The notes beneath the pieces were generated by a model. The model ran no database searches, was not told the DNA's origin, and saw only the letters and a list, made by a program, of their open reading frames with translations. Shown here piece by piece: positions 41,910 to 50,147 of a stretch of DNA of 64,000 nucleotides. Both the position numbers and the translations under genes were made by a program. This DNA is from a virus. The stretch is taken from IMG/VR virus record IMGVR_UViG_3300028025_002046, positions 1 through 64,000 of that record; one strand, given 5' to 3'. How positions within the stretch are numbered: the first letter of the stretch is position 1; every line of letters starts with the position of its first letter.

Positions 41910-42044
41910 ATGGCAGTAACAATCAAACTAACCCCTAGCGAATCAAACCTATTCAACTGCGAAATCTGTGGCAACCCTGCCAACAAGATGAAACTAATGA
42001 ACAGCGGTTACTGCCAATACACTTGTGCCAGATGTGCCAAGTAA
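41910..42044 (+). CDS. 44-aa zinc-ribbon protein, paralog of 43427-43555
   Basis: CEIC..CARC. Confidence 0.7.
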   Translation: MAVTIKLTPSESNLFNCEICGNPANKMKLMNSGYCQYTCARCAK

Positions 42045-42089
42045 AATGTCATAGCCTACTGATAAACTAAATATATAAACAAAAGGAAA

Positions 42090-42135
42090 TGAGCCTTAGC
42101 AAATAAACGAGTAATCGGTGAGCCTAAGCAAATAA
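42090..42135 (+). repeat. tandem TGAGCCTNAGCAAATAA element, copy 1
   Basis: near-identical 46-bp element at 43809-43854. Confidence 0.8.
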
Positions 42136-42167
42136 GTTCCACTAACAAAAAAAGAAATGAGAAATAA

Positions 42168-42431
42168 ATGAACATCAACGAAATTCGCGAACAAGGTATC
42201 GGTTCAAACTTCAAGGTTATCAACCAAGCAGACGGATACCAAAAGAATAACCGCCTATGGTTTGGTGAGTGTGTTGAGTGTGGTGAGAGAGTAACCAATT
42301 CAAACCTAAAAGGTGTTTGGGTTCACACAATAATCTTAGAGCGTGACGGCTTGTCTACTAGGTCTAGAGATGTTGATTACTGCCCTACCGCTCAAATTCA
42401 GGGTAACCTAGTTCAAGAGATTTCAATCTAG
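42168..42431 (+). CDS. hypothetical protein with CxxC
   Basis: ORF track; promoter at 42045. Confidence 0.7.
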   Translation: MNINEIREQGIGSNFKVINQADGYQKNNRLWFGECVECGERVTNSNLKGVWVHTIILERDGLSTRSRDVDYCPTAQIQGNLVQEISI

Positions 42432-42493
42432 GCAAAAACTTTTTGCGACACGCCAGGGATAACTTGACAAATCGCAAAAATTTTGGTACCCGA

Positions 42494-42509
42494 TCGAACA
42501 CTTGTTCGA
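42494..42509. promoter_or_regulatory. LexA (SOS) box, actinobacterial type
   Basis: TCGAAC-ACTT-GTTCGA, perfect match. Confidence 0.75.
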
Positions 42510-42608
42510 ATGTAACGATTAGGTTACGGAAGCTCAGAAACACCCCTAAATCTAACTAAAATGTCAGACCCCCCTGTTACAATGAATACATAAACGAAAG
42601 GCAAACTA

Positions 42609-42758
42609 ATGAAAAGAATTCACACAGTAATGGCGTTCCTACCAAACAAGAAGAAGGTTATTGACCTAACCTATGACGCAGACAATTTTACAGTAGAGCA
42701 AGCAATCAAGTCTGTGGAAGACAAGGGCTTGACAGTAATTTCGGTTTACACAAACTAA
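42609..42758 (+). CDS. 49-aa hypothetical protein
   Basis: SD GAAAGG; promoter at 42560. Confidence 0.7.
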   Translation: MKRIHTVMAFLPNKKKVIDLTYDADNFTVEQAIKSVEDKGLTVISVYTN

Positions 42759-42805
42759 AATGTCTGACCCTACTGCTAAAATGAAATCAAACGAAAGGAA
42801 GTCAA

Positions 42806-42928
42806 ATGGCTAACTACAATGTTGCGAGATACAACGAACTAATGAGAATTGCTAAGAGCAACGAATTTATGTCTGAAAGCGAATTCAACGAATTGGTTGG
42901 AATAATGAAAATTAGGGGATACCACTAA
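42806..42928 (+). CDS. 40-aa protein, paralog of 40729-40851
   Basis: MANYNVARYNELMRIAKSNEFMSESEFNEL..KIRGYH. Confidence 0.8.
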   Translation: MANYNVARYNELMRIAKSNEFMSESEFNELVGIMKIRGYH

Positions 42929-42929
42929 A

Positions 42930-42989
42930 ATGGAATTCCTATCCCTAGCCCTAATCGCTTTCGCAATCTATCTATTTATCAATCAGTAA
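42930..42989 (+). CDS. 19-aa hydrophobic micropeptide
   Basis: MEFLSLALIAFAIYLFINQ, same position as 40851 peptide. Confidence 0.55.
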   Translation: MEFLSLALIAFAIYLFINQ

Positions 42990-42999
42990 AGGAAATCAA

Positions 43000-43200
43000 A
43001 TGTCTGTAACTATCAAGCGTAATGTAATTCTATCGGTTCTAGCAACCATCTTCTTCTTCGTGGCTAAGTCTGGTCTTGATGAAATGGCTAAGTCTGGTCT
43101 TGACGGCTTGGGAATGTTCCCTTTCCTAATCGGTGGCTTTGGCTTTCTAGGCTTCTCTATCGGTCTGGTTATTCGTCTATGGGGGAATGAGAAAGAGTAG
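43000..43200 (+). CDS. two-TM membrane protein with in-frame 24-bp duplication
   Basis: TGGCTAAGTCTGGTCTTGA at 43061 and 43085. Confidence 0.7.
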   Translation: MSVTIKRNVILSVLATIFFFVAKSGLDEMAKSGLDGLGMFPFLIGGFGFLGFSIGLVIRLWGNEKE

Positions 43201-43203
43201 GAG

Positions 43204-43312
43204 TTATCCACACCCTACCCCAAGTTATCCACAGGGGGTACCCCCCGAACACTTGTTCGAATTTACGTAGCTTACGTAGCTCCCCCCCAGCTTTTTTCGA
43301 ACAAAAGATCGA
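43204..43312. promoter_or_regulatory. DnaA box pair plus two LexA-like boxes
   Basis: TTATCCACA 43204, 43225; CCGAAC-ACTT-GTTCGA 43245; TCGAAC-AAAA-GATCGA 43297. Confidence 0.7.
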
Positions 43313-43426
43313 ATGTAACGAATTGGTAACAAAATGCGACACACCCCCTAAAAGCCTATAAAAACTAACTAAAATGTCAGACCCCCCTGCTATGCTTACT
43401 ATGTAAGCAAAAGAAATGAGAAATAA

Positions 43427-43555
43427 ATGAAATACCTACTAAGCCCAGCCGAATCAGCAAAGTTTCCTTGCGACCTTTGTGGCAAGCCAGCAACTAACGC
43501 CTATGTAATGCGTTCAGGATTCGTTCGTTACAATTGTAATCGCTGTGTGTCGTAA
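43427..43555 (+). CDS. 42-aa zinc-ribbon protein, paralog of 41910-42044
   Basis: CDLC..CNRC. Confidence 0.7.
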   Translation: MKYLLSPAESAKFPCDLCGKPATNAYVMRSGFVRYNCNRCVS

Positions 43556-43616
43556 CGCTAAAATGTCTTACCCTAATGCTAAAATAAATTATCAAACAAA
43601 AAGAAAGAGCAACTAA

Positions 43617-43796
43617 ATGCCAAAGCCAAGAATGACCAAAGCCGAAAAAGCAATCGTGAAAGCGGTGAACGCAATTGTGTTCGCAAATCCAGAAATCCGT
43701 AATGGCGGAAAATTCCTAGACAGAGCCGCTTTCCAAAAGTTGCCAGACCAGACCCAGAAAATCTATCTGGATTTGGTAATCAACAAAACATTCTAA
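43617..43796 (+). CDS. 59-aa basic protein
   Basis: promoter at 43562. Confidence 0.65.
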   Translation: MPKPRMTKAEKAIVKAVNAIVFANPEIRNGGKFLDRAAFQKLPDQTQKIYLDLVINKTF

Positions 43797-43808
43797 AACC
43801 AAATGGCG

Positions 43809-43854
43809 TGAGCCTGAGCAAATAAACGAGTAATCGGTGAGCCTCAGCAAATAA
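43809..43854 (+). repeat. tandem TGAGCCTNAGCAAATAA element, copy 2
   Basis: matches 42090-42135. Confidence 0.8.
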
Positions 43855-43875
43855 AGCCCTAACGAAAGGAAAACT

Positions 43876-44037
43876 ATGACAGCCAAAGAAAAAATCGAAT
43901 TGCTTACTCGCAAGCACGAAAGAGGTTTGGTTATCTCTAACCTCTACTCTGCCATTCTCGCCTGTGATGAGGATGCCGATGAATGTGATGTTTGTCTAGG
44001 CTTGAAATACGCAATTCAGCGGATAGAGAAAATGTAG
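43876..44037 (+). CDS. 53-aa hypothetical protein
   Basis: SD GAAAGGAAA. Confidence 0.65.
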   Translation: MTAKEKIELLTRKHERGLVISNLYSAILACDEDADECDVCLGLKYAIQRIEKM

Positions 44038-44067
44038 TTATCCACAGGTAACCAAAAGTTATCCACA
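44038..44067 (+). promoter_or_regulatory. DnaA box pair
   Basis: TTATCCACA at 44038 and 44059. Confidence 0.75.
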
Positions 44068-44161
44068 GGGCGTACCCACCCCCCTAGATCATTTACGTAA
44101 CCAATTAAATACCCCCCAGATTATTTCCCATAATGTCCGACCCCCTTGTTATACTTATCGT

Positions 44162-44305
44162 ATGAACGATAAGACGACTTGCTACCACTGCCAGAAGAAC
44201 AACACCTACGCTTTGGCTACCCTAAAAAATGGCAATGTTATGCGTGTGTGTAACCTATGCTCATTTTACCTTGACGACCTAATCACCAACCTAGTAATTC
44301 TCTAA
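44162..44305 (+). CDS. 47-aa zinc-ribbon protein
   Basis: leaderless; CYHC..CNLC. Confidence 0.65.
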   Translation: MNDKTTCYHCQKNNTYALATLKNGNVMRVCNLCSFYLDDLITNLVIL

Positions 44306-44320
44306 GAAAGGAAAATCCCT

Positions 44321-44383
44321 ATGGATGACGACTATGTAGAATATGATGAGTGCTATGAAGAGCCAGGTGACTTCTTTTCATAG
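44321..44383 (+). CDS. 20-aa acidic peptide
   Basis: SD GAAAGGAAA; MDDDYVEYDECYEEPGDFFS. Confidence 0.5.
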   Translation: MDDDYVEYDECYEEPGDFFS

Positions 44384-44469
44384 CACCACCCTTCGGGGGG
44401 TACCCCCAGCTCCGCTGGGTCGTTTACGTTAAGAAGTATAATGTCTGACCCCCCTGCTATACTTGAGGT

Positions 44470-44661
44470 ATGAATTCACGAAAGGCTAACTCTATGACCA
44501 CTCCTAACCCTAACCCTAATGTCGTTGGCTATGTCTGCGTTTACTGCCAGAAACTCTACCTGCCAGAAGAAACCATCTGCCTAGATTGTAACGAGTATGA
44601 CGGAATGGTGGCTCTAACCAAGAACATCTTGGCTATGTTTGCTGACCCTGTTGTTTCATAA
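44470..44661 (+). CDS. zinc-ribbon protein
   Basis: CVYC..C..CNEYDGM. Confidence 0.7.
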   Translation: MNSRKANSMTTPNPNPNVVGYVCVYCQKLYLPEETICLDCNEYDGMVALTKNILAMFADPVVS

Positions 44662-44716
44662 TGTCTGTGGCTACTGCTAAACTTACCCTATAAACCCTAT
44701 CGAAAGGCTATCCCCT

Positions 44717-44812
44717 ATGTGCGATTGCGAAGACCGTCCTTGCTGTGGCTGCTACTCTATGGCTGACCTATACTCCAACTCTGGAGACCCCTATGACCCT
44801 AACAACTGGTAG
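44717..44812 (+). CDS. 31-aa CEDxPCCGC peptide
   Basis: SD GAAAGG; MCDCEDRPCCGC. Confidence 0.65.
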   Translation: MCDCEDRPCCGCYSMADLYSNSGDPYDPNNW

Positions 44813-44917
44813 GTAACTACCCCCCCTGGGGGGTACCCCCAGATCTAGCTCTTTTACGTTAAGAACTATAATGTCCTACCCCCAATGTATAATTGTATTA
44901 TCAACGAAAGGTAAACT

Positions 44918-45184
44918 ATGTTAGAAATCGCATTTGGAATGAAGCAGGTTCAGAAGAACTCAACCGAGAACCCTATGGTCGCTATGATGGCTCTGGAACT
45001 GGAAGACACTCGCAACAACCTAAGCGAAGATGAGTTTTTAGAGTTTCTTGCTAAGTTTGCTCTCTCTATCTCTGCTATGGCTATCTCTCAAACTGTTCAG
45101 TTGTGTCTTGATGAAACCACGCAAGATGAGTTGGAGAAAACCATTTTGGAACTAATGGAAATGGAAGATTTAGGTAAGGAGTAA
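44918..45184 (+). CDS. acidic helical hypothetical protein
   Basis: ORF track, SD, promoter 44870. Confidence 0.75.
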   Translation: MLEIAFGMKQVQKNSTENPMVAMMALELEDTRNNLSEDEFLEFLAKFALSISAMAISQTVQLCLDETTQDELEKTILELMEMEDLGKE

Positions 45185-45323
45185 TCTCCTACCCCCGAAA
45201 GGGGGTACGCCCAGCTCCGCAGGGCTGGTTTACGTAGCTAATTAAAAAGCTCCCAAACCTTTTTGCTAAAATGTCAGACCCCCTTGCTATAATTGTATTA
45301 TCAACCAAAAGAAATGAGAAATA

Positions 45324-45524
45324 ATGAACGACACTCCGCTAGTAATCCGCTCTAATGAAGTTGTAAACAACCTACGAGATGAGAAACTAAACTACGACAC
45401 CTCCTACGCAAAAGCGTTTGGTGCTTGCTGGGGAGTAATGACCGACGAGCAACGACTAATCGTTTTGGAATACTCGCAACGCCAAGCAATAATTATCAAC
45501 ACACTAGGAGAAGAAATAAACTAA
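45324..45524 (+). CDS. hypothetical protein
   Basis: ORF track, promoter 45270. Confidence 0.7.
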   Translation: MNDTPLVIRSNEVVNNLRDEKLNYDTSYAKAFGACWGVMTDEQRLIVLEYSQRQAIIINTLGEEIN

Positions 45525-45703
45525 TGATGACACGCAAAGACTATGTAGCAACCGCAGAAATTCTAAATTCTTATGTTCACAATTTAGACGCTCCAATTTT
45601 TGATTGCCTAGTTCAAGATTTTGTGGCTATGTTCGCAGAAGATAACGACCGCTTTCTAATTGATAAGTTTGAAGACGCTTGTTGGGGAACGGCTAGGGAG
45701 TAA
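45524..45703 (+). CDS. hypothetical protein (MTRKDY..F..DN.RF..KF..AC family)
   Basis: motif common in phage early genes; SD AGGAG. Confidence 0.75.
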   Translation: MMTRKDYVATAEILNSYVHNLDAPIFDCLVQDFVAMFAEDNDRFLIDKFEDACWGTARE

Positions 45704-45812
45704 TCCCTGCTCCCCTGGGGGTACGCCCCCACCCCTAGCTCGTTTACGTAACGCATTAAATTTACCCTAGATTTATTCCTAAAATGTCTTACCCCTGATG
45801 TATAATAAAACT

Positions 45813-45983
45813 ATGAAGAAAAAGAAACCACCACTAGGCAAGGTCGCCAACGCTACTCGCAAGGCTCACGCCAAGGAATTGTTCCAGAGCCTTTTACTCA
45901 ACAAGCACTTAGTCGTTACCCCTGCCAACCGCAAGGGTTCACGACAGAGCAACAACCAAAAAGCAATTAGGGAGAGTTACTAA
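45813..45983 (+). CDS. basic 56-aa protein
   Basis: leaderless; RKGSR..KAI.E motif. Confidence 0.7.
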   Translation: MKKKKPPLGKVANATRKAHAKELFQSLLLNKHLVVTPANRKGSRQSNNQKAIRESY

Positions 45984-46239
45984 TGGATGAACTATTTATT
46001 GTAATCAACGACAAGGGATACGCTGTTGAGATGTGTCTTACCGAGCAAGAAGCGTTAGAGTGGATTGCTAAATTTGGTAACAAAAACTATTCTATCGATT
46101 TGGATGTGGTGTGCTAATGAAAGTTTATGTAGTTATTGAGACTTGTTGTATGCACTTTTGTGGAGTATACAAGGACAAGGCTGAGGCTGATGCCTATGCC
46201 GAAGAGAATGACTATTCCGTCTATGAGTATGACCTTTAG
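45983..46239 (+). CDS. two small coupled ORFs (about 44 and 40 aa)
   Basis: MDELFIVINDKG.. then MKVYVVIETCC..GVY; TAATG overlaps. Confidence 0.55.
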
Positions 46240-46288
46240 TGTCATACCCTCACGCTATAATTGAAACACCCTAACGAAAGAGAAACTA

Positions 46289-46756
46289 ATGAAAGCAATT
46301 ATCGAATCTAACTGTGTTTGTGAACCAGACGAAGAAAACCCTGAAAGCCTAAATTGCTACGGTGACTGCTGGGAATGGCAGAAAGAAGACGTTCAGTGGA
46401 TTATCGGTGAATGGGCAACTAAGAATGAAGTAGCCGAAGGACAGCCAATTCTAATTACTGGCACAAACATGAACTGGAACCATGTTTCAGGCTGGGCAAC
46501 CGCAACACCAGAAACCATTCTCGATAAACTAACCTTGAACGGTGATTTTAGTTTAGAGTTTGACTTTGACCCTGATGAAAATACTTTCAATGTTGTTCGT
46601 CGTTCTCACGATGAAATGGGAGCGTTGTTTACTTTTGTAATCATGGAGCCATGCAACCAGTGTGGAGTAGGAATTCCACGAGAGATTTATAACGAAGAAC
46701 TAGGCATGTGTCTTGAATGTTCAAATGCTTACTTCAACCATGAGGATGAAGAATGA
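46289..46756 (+). CDS. acidic Cys-containing hypothetical protein
   Basis: ORF track; promoter 46238. Confidence 0.75.
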   Translation: MKAIIESNCVCEPDEENPESLNCYGDCWEWQKEDVQWIIGEWATKNEVAEGQPILITGTNMNWNHVSGWATATPETILDKLTLNGDFSLEFDFDPDENTFNVVRRSHDEMGALFTFVIMEPCNQCGVGIPREIYNEELGMCLECSNAYFNHEDEE

Positions 46757-46812
46757 TAGAGTTTGGAGTTATCCTAATAGCGATAGGTTTGGTTATCCTA
46801 CTGAATCAGTAG
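46753..46812 (+). CDS. 19-aa hydrophobic micropeptide
   Basis: ATGA overlap; MIEFGVILIAIGLVILLNQ. Confidence 0.5.
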   Translation: MIEFGVILIAIGLVILLNQ

Positions 46813-46912
46813 ATACCCCCCGAAAGGGGGTACGCCCTATCGATCAGCTGCTTTACGTAGCCATAATGTCAGACCCTAAATGTATAATGGTATTATCAAA
46901 GAAAAGGAAACT

Positions 46913-47632
46913 ATGTCACTCATTCGCTCTAAAGACCGTAAAGTTGCTAACCAAGTAAACAAGGCTGGCAGTCAGGCTTCAATGGCTAACACTTTTGGAT
47001 TACCTAGTGGCAAGGCTTTTTCCTGCCCTGGGGCTACCTCGGTTTGTGAGACTATTTGTTACGCTGGCAAACTTGAAAAGGTATTCAAGGGTGTTCGCAA
47101 TGTTTTGGTATCTAACTATGAGCAACTACTGGCAACCGATACTCTAGGCATGATTGCTTTGATTGACGAAATGATTCAAGACTTCAAGCAGGAATGTGAA
47201 AAGCGTAATGCCGATAAGTTATTCCGTATTCACTGGGACGGAGACTTCTTTAGCGAGGACTACACTAGAGCATGGAATTTTGTTATCCGCCTAAACCCTG
47301 ATGTTCAATTCTGGGCTTACACTCGTTCAGACTTTGCTGTTCCAATTCTAATTGACATTCCTAACCTAGCCCTATACTTCTCTGCTGATTCTGCTAACAA
47401 GACTTTGGCATGGGAACTAAAGCGTAAGTATGGTGTGAAACTTGCTTACCTCGCCAAAGACTTTGCTACAGGCAAGAGTGACTTCAATGAGCAACAGGAA
47501 AAGTCTGCTGTTCCCTGCCCTGAAAACAACAAGAAGATTCCAATGATTAGCGAAAAGGGCAGTGCTTGCGTGATGTGTTCGCAGTGTGTGTTTGCTCGCA
47601 ATGACATTCTGTTTAGTGCTACTAAAAAGTAG
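46913..47632 (+). CDS. GP88-family protein (radical-SAM-like, phage gene 88)
   Basis: FGLP..SCPGAT..C..ICYA, FRIHWDGDFF, FWAYTR, C-terminal CP..C..C..C. Confidence 0.8.
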   Translation: MSLIRSKDRKVANQVNKAGSQASMANTFGLPSGKAFSCPGATSVCETICYAGKLEKVFKGVRNVLVSNYEQLLATDTLGMIALIDEMIQDFKQECEKRNADKLFRIHWDGDFFSEDYTRAWNFVIRLNPDVQFWAYTRSDFAVPILIDIPNLALYFSADSANKTLAWELKRKYGVKLAYLAKDFATGKSDFNEQQEKSAVPCPENNKKIPMISEKGSACVMCSQCVFARNDILFSATKK

Positions 47633-47774
47633 TGCTAGGCAGGGTACCCCCCACCCCATAGCTGCTTTACGTTACGATGCTAAAATGTCCTACCCCCCCT
47701 GTATAATATATACATAAGCAGGAAACGCAGCCCCCAAACAGAAAAAAATAATTGAACAAGTTTGAAAAATGTGC

Positions 47775-47803
47775 TTGACAATCTCCTGCTTATGCCTTAT
47801 AAT
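47775..47803 (+). promoter_or_regulatory. consensus sigmaA promoter
   Basis: TTGACA-17-TATAAT. Confidence 0.8.
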
Positions 47804-47852
47804 AGATACATAAGCAAAAATGTTTATGTAAACCGAATAGAAAGAAGCAAAA

Positions 47853-47999
47853 ATGACCGAAGTTACTGTTGGCTCACAGTTCGCAACCCAGAAGTCTGGC
47901 GTTGTTGGTATTGTTCAGGAAGTTGTAATCAACAAGAACGGCTCTCAGCGTGTTCGCCTTGATGTAAACGGAACTGACCGCTGGACTACTGTAAAGTAA
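47853..47999 (+). CDS. 48-aa beta (SH3-like) protein
   Basis: MTEVTVGSQFATQKSGVVGIVQEV..RWTTVK. Confidence 0.75.
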   Translation: MTEVTVGSQFATQKSGVVGIVQEVVINKNGSQRVRLDVNGTDRWTTVK

Positions 48000-48005
48000 T
48001 TCACC

Positions 48006-48033
48006 AATCCTGAGTATGATTTCAAACTGCTCA
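48006..48033 (+). ncRNA. H-type pseudoknot element
   Basis: AATC-CTGAGTAT-GATT..AAAC-TGCTC; homologs at 48606, 48687, 50855. Confidence 0.6.
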
Positions 48034-48162
48034 CAACATTGTAAATAGGTTCGTTATCCATAATTGTGGCTCGTAGAGATAACCAATAAGCACCCACTCC
48101 CTATCTATAATGTCTTACCCCCACGCTATAATAGAGTTACAACCCAAACAAAGGAAGATAAA

Positions 48163-48600
48163 ATGGCAAGAGCCGTATCAGTAAAAATCCCAACTATCAA
48201 AGTCATTGAGATGATTGAGAACAAGTTGGCAGAGATGAACAAGGTAGTCAAGGAATACCCTGCCCTACTAGCAACCTACAACAAGGCTAACAAGGAATAC
48301 ACCAAAGCCCTTGCTGAGTTGGTTGGCAAGAACTCTAACAAGATTGTTGCTTATCGTGATTTCGATTGGACTAGCGACCAGATTGCTCTGTCTAGCGACT
48401 ATCGTGGCTCTGCCCAGATTTATGTTGGCAAGGGTCTAACAAGCAAGATTGGCGACAAGCCAGAAAAGCCAGAAGACCCAGACAACTACACTTTCAAGCA
48501 GAACTTAGAGCAGTTGGAAAAGACCTTGAAGTTGCTTCGTATGACCGAACAGGAAAGCGTTTCTGCCTCAACCTACAACTCTGTCTTAGACCTAATCTAA
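48163..48600 (+). CDS. coiled-coil hypothetical protein
   Basis: SD AAGGAAG; promoter 48109. Confidence 0.8.
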   Translation: MARAVSVKIPTIKVIEMIENKLAEMNKVVKEYPALLATYNKANKEYTKALAELVGKNSNKIVAYRDFDWTSDQIALSSDYRGSAQIYVGKGLTSKIGDKPEKPEDPDNYTFKQNLEQLEKTLKLLRMTEQESVSASTYNSVLDLI

Positions 48601-48605
48601 GATAA

Positions 48606-48762
48606 GCACCTAAGCAAGTGTCTAAAAGGCTTAGTAAACACCTTACTCTCTGTTGCTCGCAAGGGTATTCATAATAAGGTTTTTATACACCTAAGCAAGT
48701 GTCTAAACTGCTTACAATCCCCCTGTGAAGTATCTGGATAGATACTGGTTAGCAGGGGGATT
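48606..48762 (+). ncRNA. structured intergenic RNA: two pseudoknots plus terminal hairpin
   Basis: CACCTAAGCAAGTGTCTAAA..GCTTA twice; AATCCCCCTG/CAGGGGGATT stem. Confidence 0.5.
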
Positions 48763-48869
48763 CTTGCTACCCCAGGAGCTGGGGGTACCCCCCCTACCCA
48801 CTAAGCCCTTTACGTTATAATGTCTTACCCCCCTGTTATAATTGACCTATCACAAAGAAAAGGAAAACT

Positions 48870-49508
48870 ATGAAACACGAAACAACCCTTTACACCTACA
48901 CCAACAAAGCCTATGTTACTGAGTATGGCGATTTCGCAGCCGAAGGCTCTTGCCTTACTTTTGATTCTTCACTACTCTCTAACTCACAATGGCAGTTAGT
49001 AGATGAGTTGCCAGATTCACAAAAGTTTGAGTATGTCTTGGCTATCCTTGACGGAGAAGAAGATGTTATTCGTGAGATTGAAAGCGAGAATAAATAATGT
49101 TTGATGATGTAATCGCTATGGACATAGTGGAACAACTAACCGAAGAACAACTAGACCAACTAATCGCAATACTAGAAGGAGCAGGTTACTAATGTTTATT
49201 CCAAACTTAGCAATACTACTAGACGAAATCAAACAGGCAGAGAAATCTTCCAAACTTGAAGGTGTTGTGTCTTACGCTAGTGGCTATGAAGATGGCTTGC
49301 GTATGGCATTAGACATTTTGGAAGGAAGGGTAGAGTAATGGAAAAGATTACTGTTAGTCTTAGGTTTGAATACTACCCTGAAGAAGACCACGCAGAATTG
49401 TTTGAAGACATGACTGAAGATGAAATGATTCGCTATGCTAAAGAAATGGCTTGTGAAGATATAGTCAGTGGAGATGTTTGGGAATGGCTAGAAGTTTCGG
49501 TAGAGTAA
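48870..49508 (+). CDS. operon of four small acidic ORFs
   Basis: 48870-49097 in ORF track, then MFDDVIAM.., MFIPNLAI.., MEKITVSL.., closely coupled. Confidence 0.65.
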
Positions 49509-49558
49509 AATGTCAGACCCTACCAGTATAATTAGACTATCAACGAAAGGAAACACTA

Positions 49559-50050
49559 ATGGGAACTCGTAATCTAACTAAGGTAATTGACAAAGACGGA
49601 GTAACTAAGGTTGCTCAATACGGACAATGGGACGGCTACCCTAGCGGACAGGGTATCAACGCTCTTCTACACGCCTACAATCACAGGCAGATTGAAAGCA
49701 AGTTGCCTAGACTACACTTTCTAACCGACAGCGAGATTGAGAACATCAACTCACTACTATCGGCAAGCGGACAGCCAATTAGCGAAGTCTATCCTACCCT
49801 ATCTCGTGATACCTGTGCGGACATTCTAGGCTATGTCGCTTGGTCTAATGATGTATTCCTAGTGGATAGTAGCGACTTTGAGAATGACGAATTGTTTTGT
49901 GAAGCAGTTTACACGCTAGACTTTCAAAAGAAAAAGTTTATCTCTACTTATGGTGGACACACCTTAGAGTTTGAGTTGGACGACCTACCAGAACCGAAAG
50001 AGTTTTTGGCAGATTGGGCGTATGAACTAAATCCTGGTGTGGTGGGCTAA
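49559..50050 (+). CDS. hypothetical phage protein (MGTR..QWDGYP family)
   Basis: N-terminal MGTR and Y.QWDGYP.G.G motif. Confidence 0.8.
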   Translation: MGTRNLTKVIDKDGVTKVAQYGQWDGYPSGQGINALLHAYNHRQIESKLPRLHFLTDSEIENINSLLSASGQPISEVYPTLSRDTCADILGYVAWSNDVFLVDSSDFENDELFCEAVYTLDFQKKKFISTYGGHTLEFELDDLPEPKEFLADWAYELNPGVVG

Positions 50051-50147
50051 CGCTCACCCCTAGGGGGTACCGCCCAAGATCCAAGCTGTTTACGACTATA
50101 ATGTCAGACCCCCAATGTATAATGGAACTATCAACGAAAGGGAAACA

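Noticed and set aside
47762-48162. ORF-track calls 47762-47962 and the upstream extension of 48064
   Set aside because: They overlap promoters; better-supported genes are 47853-47999 and 48163-48600.
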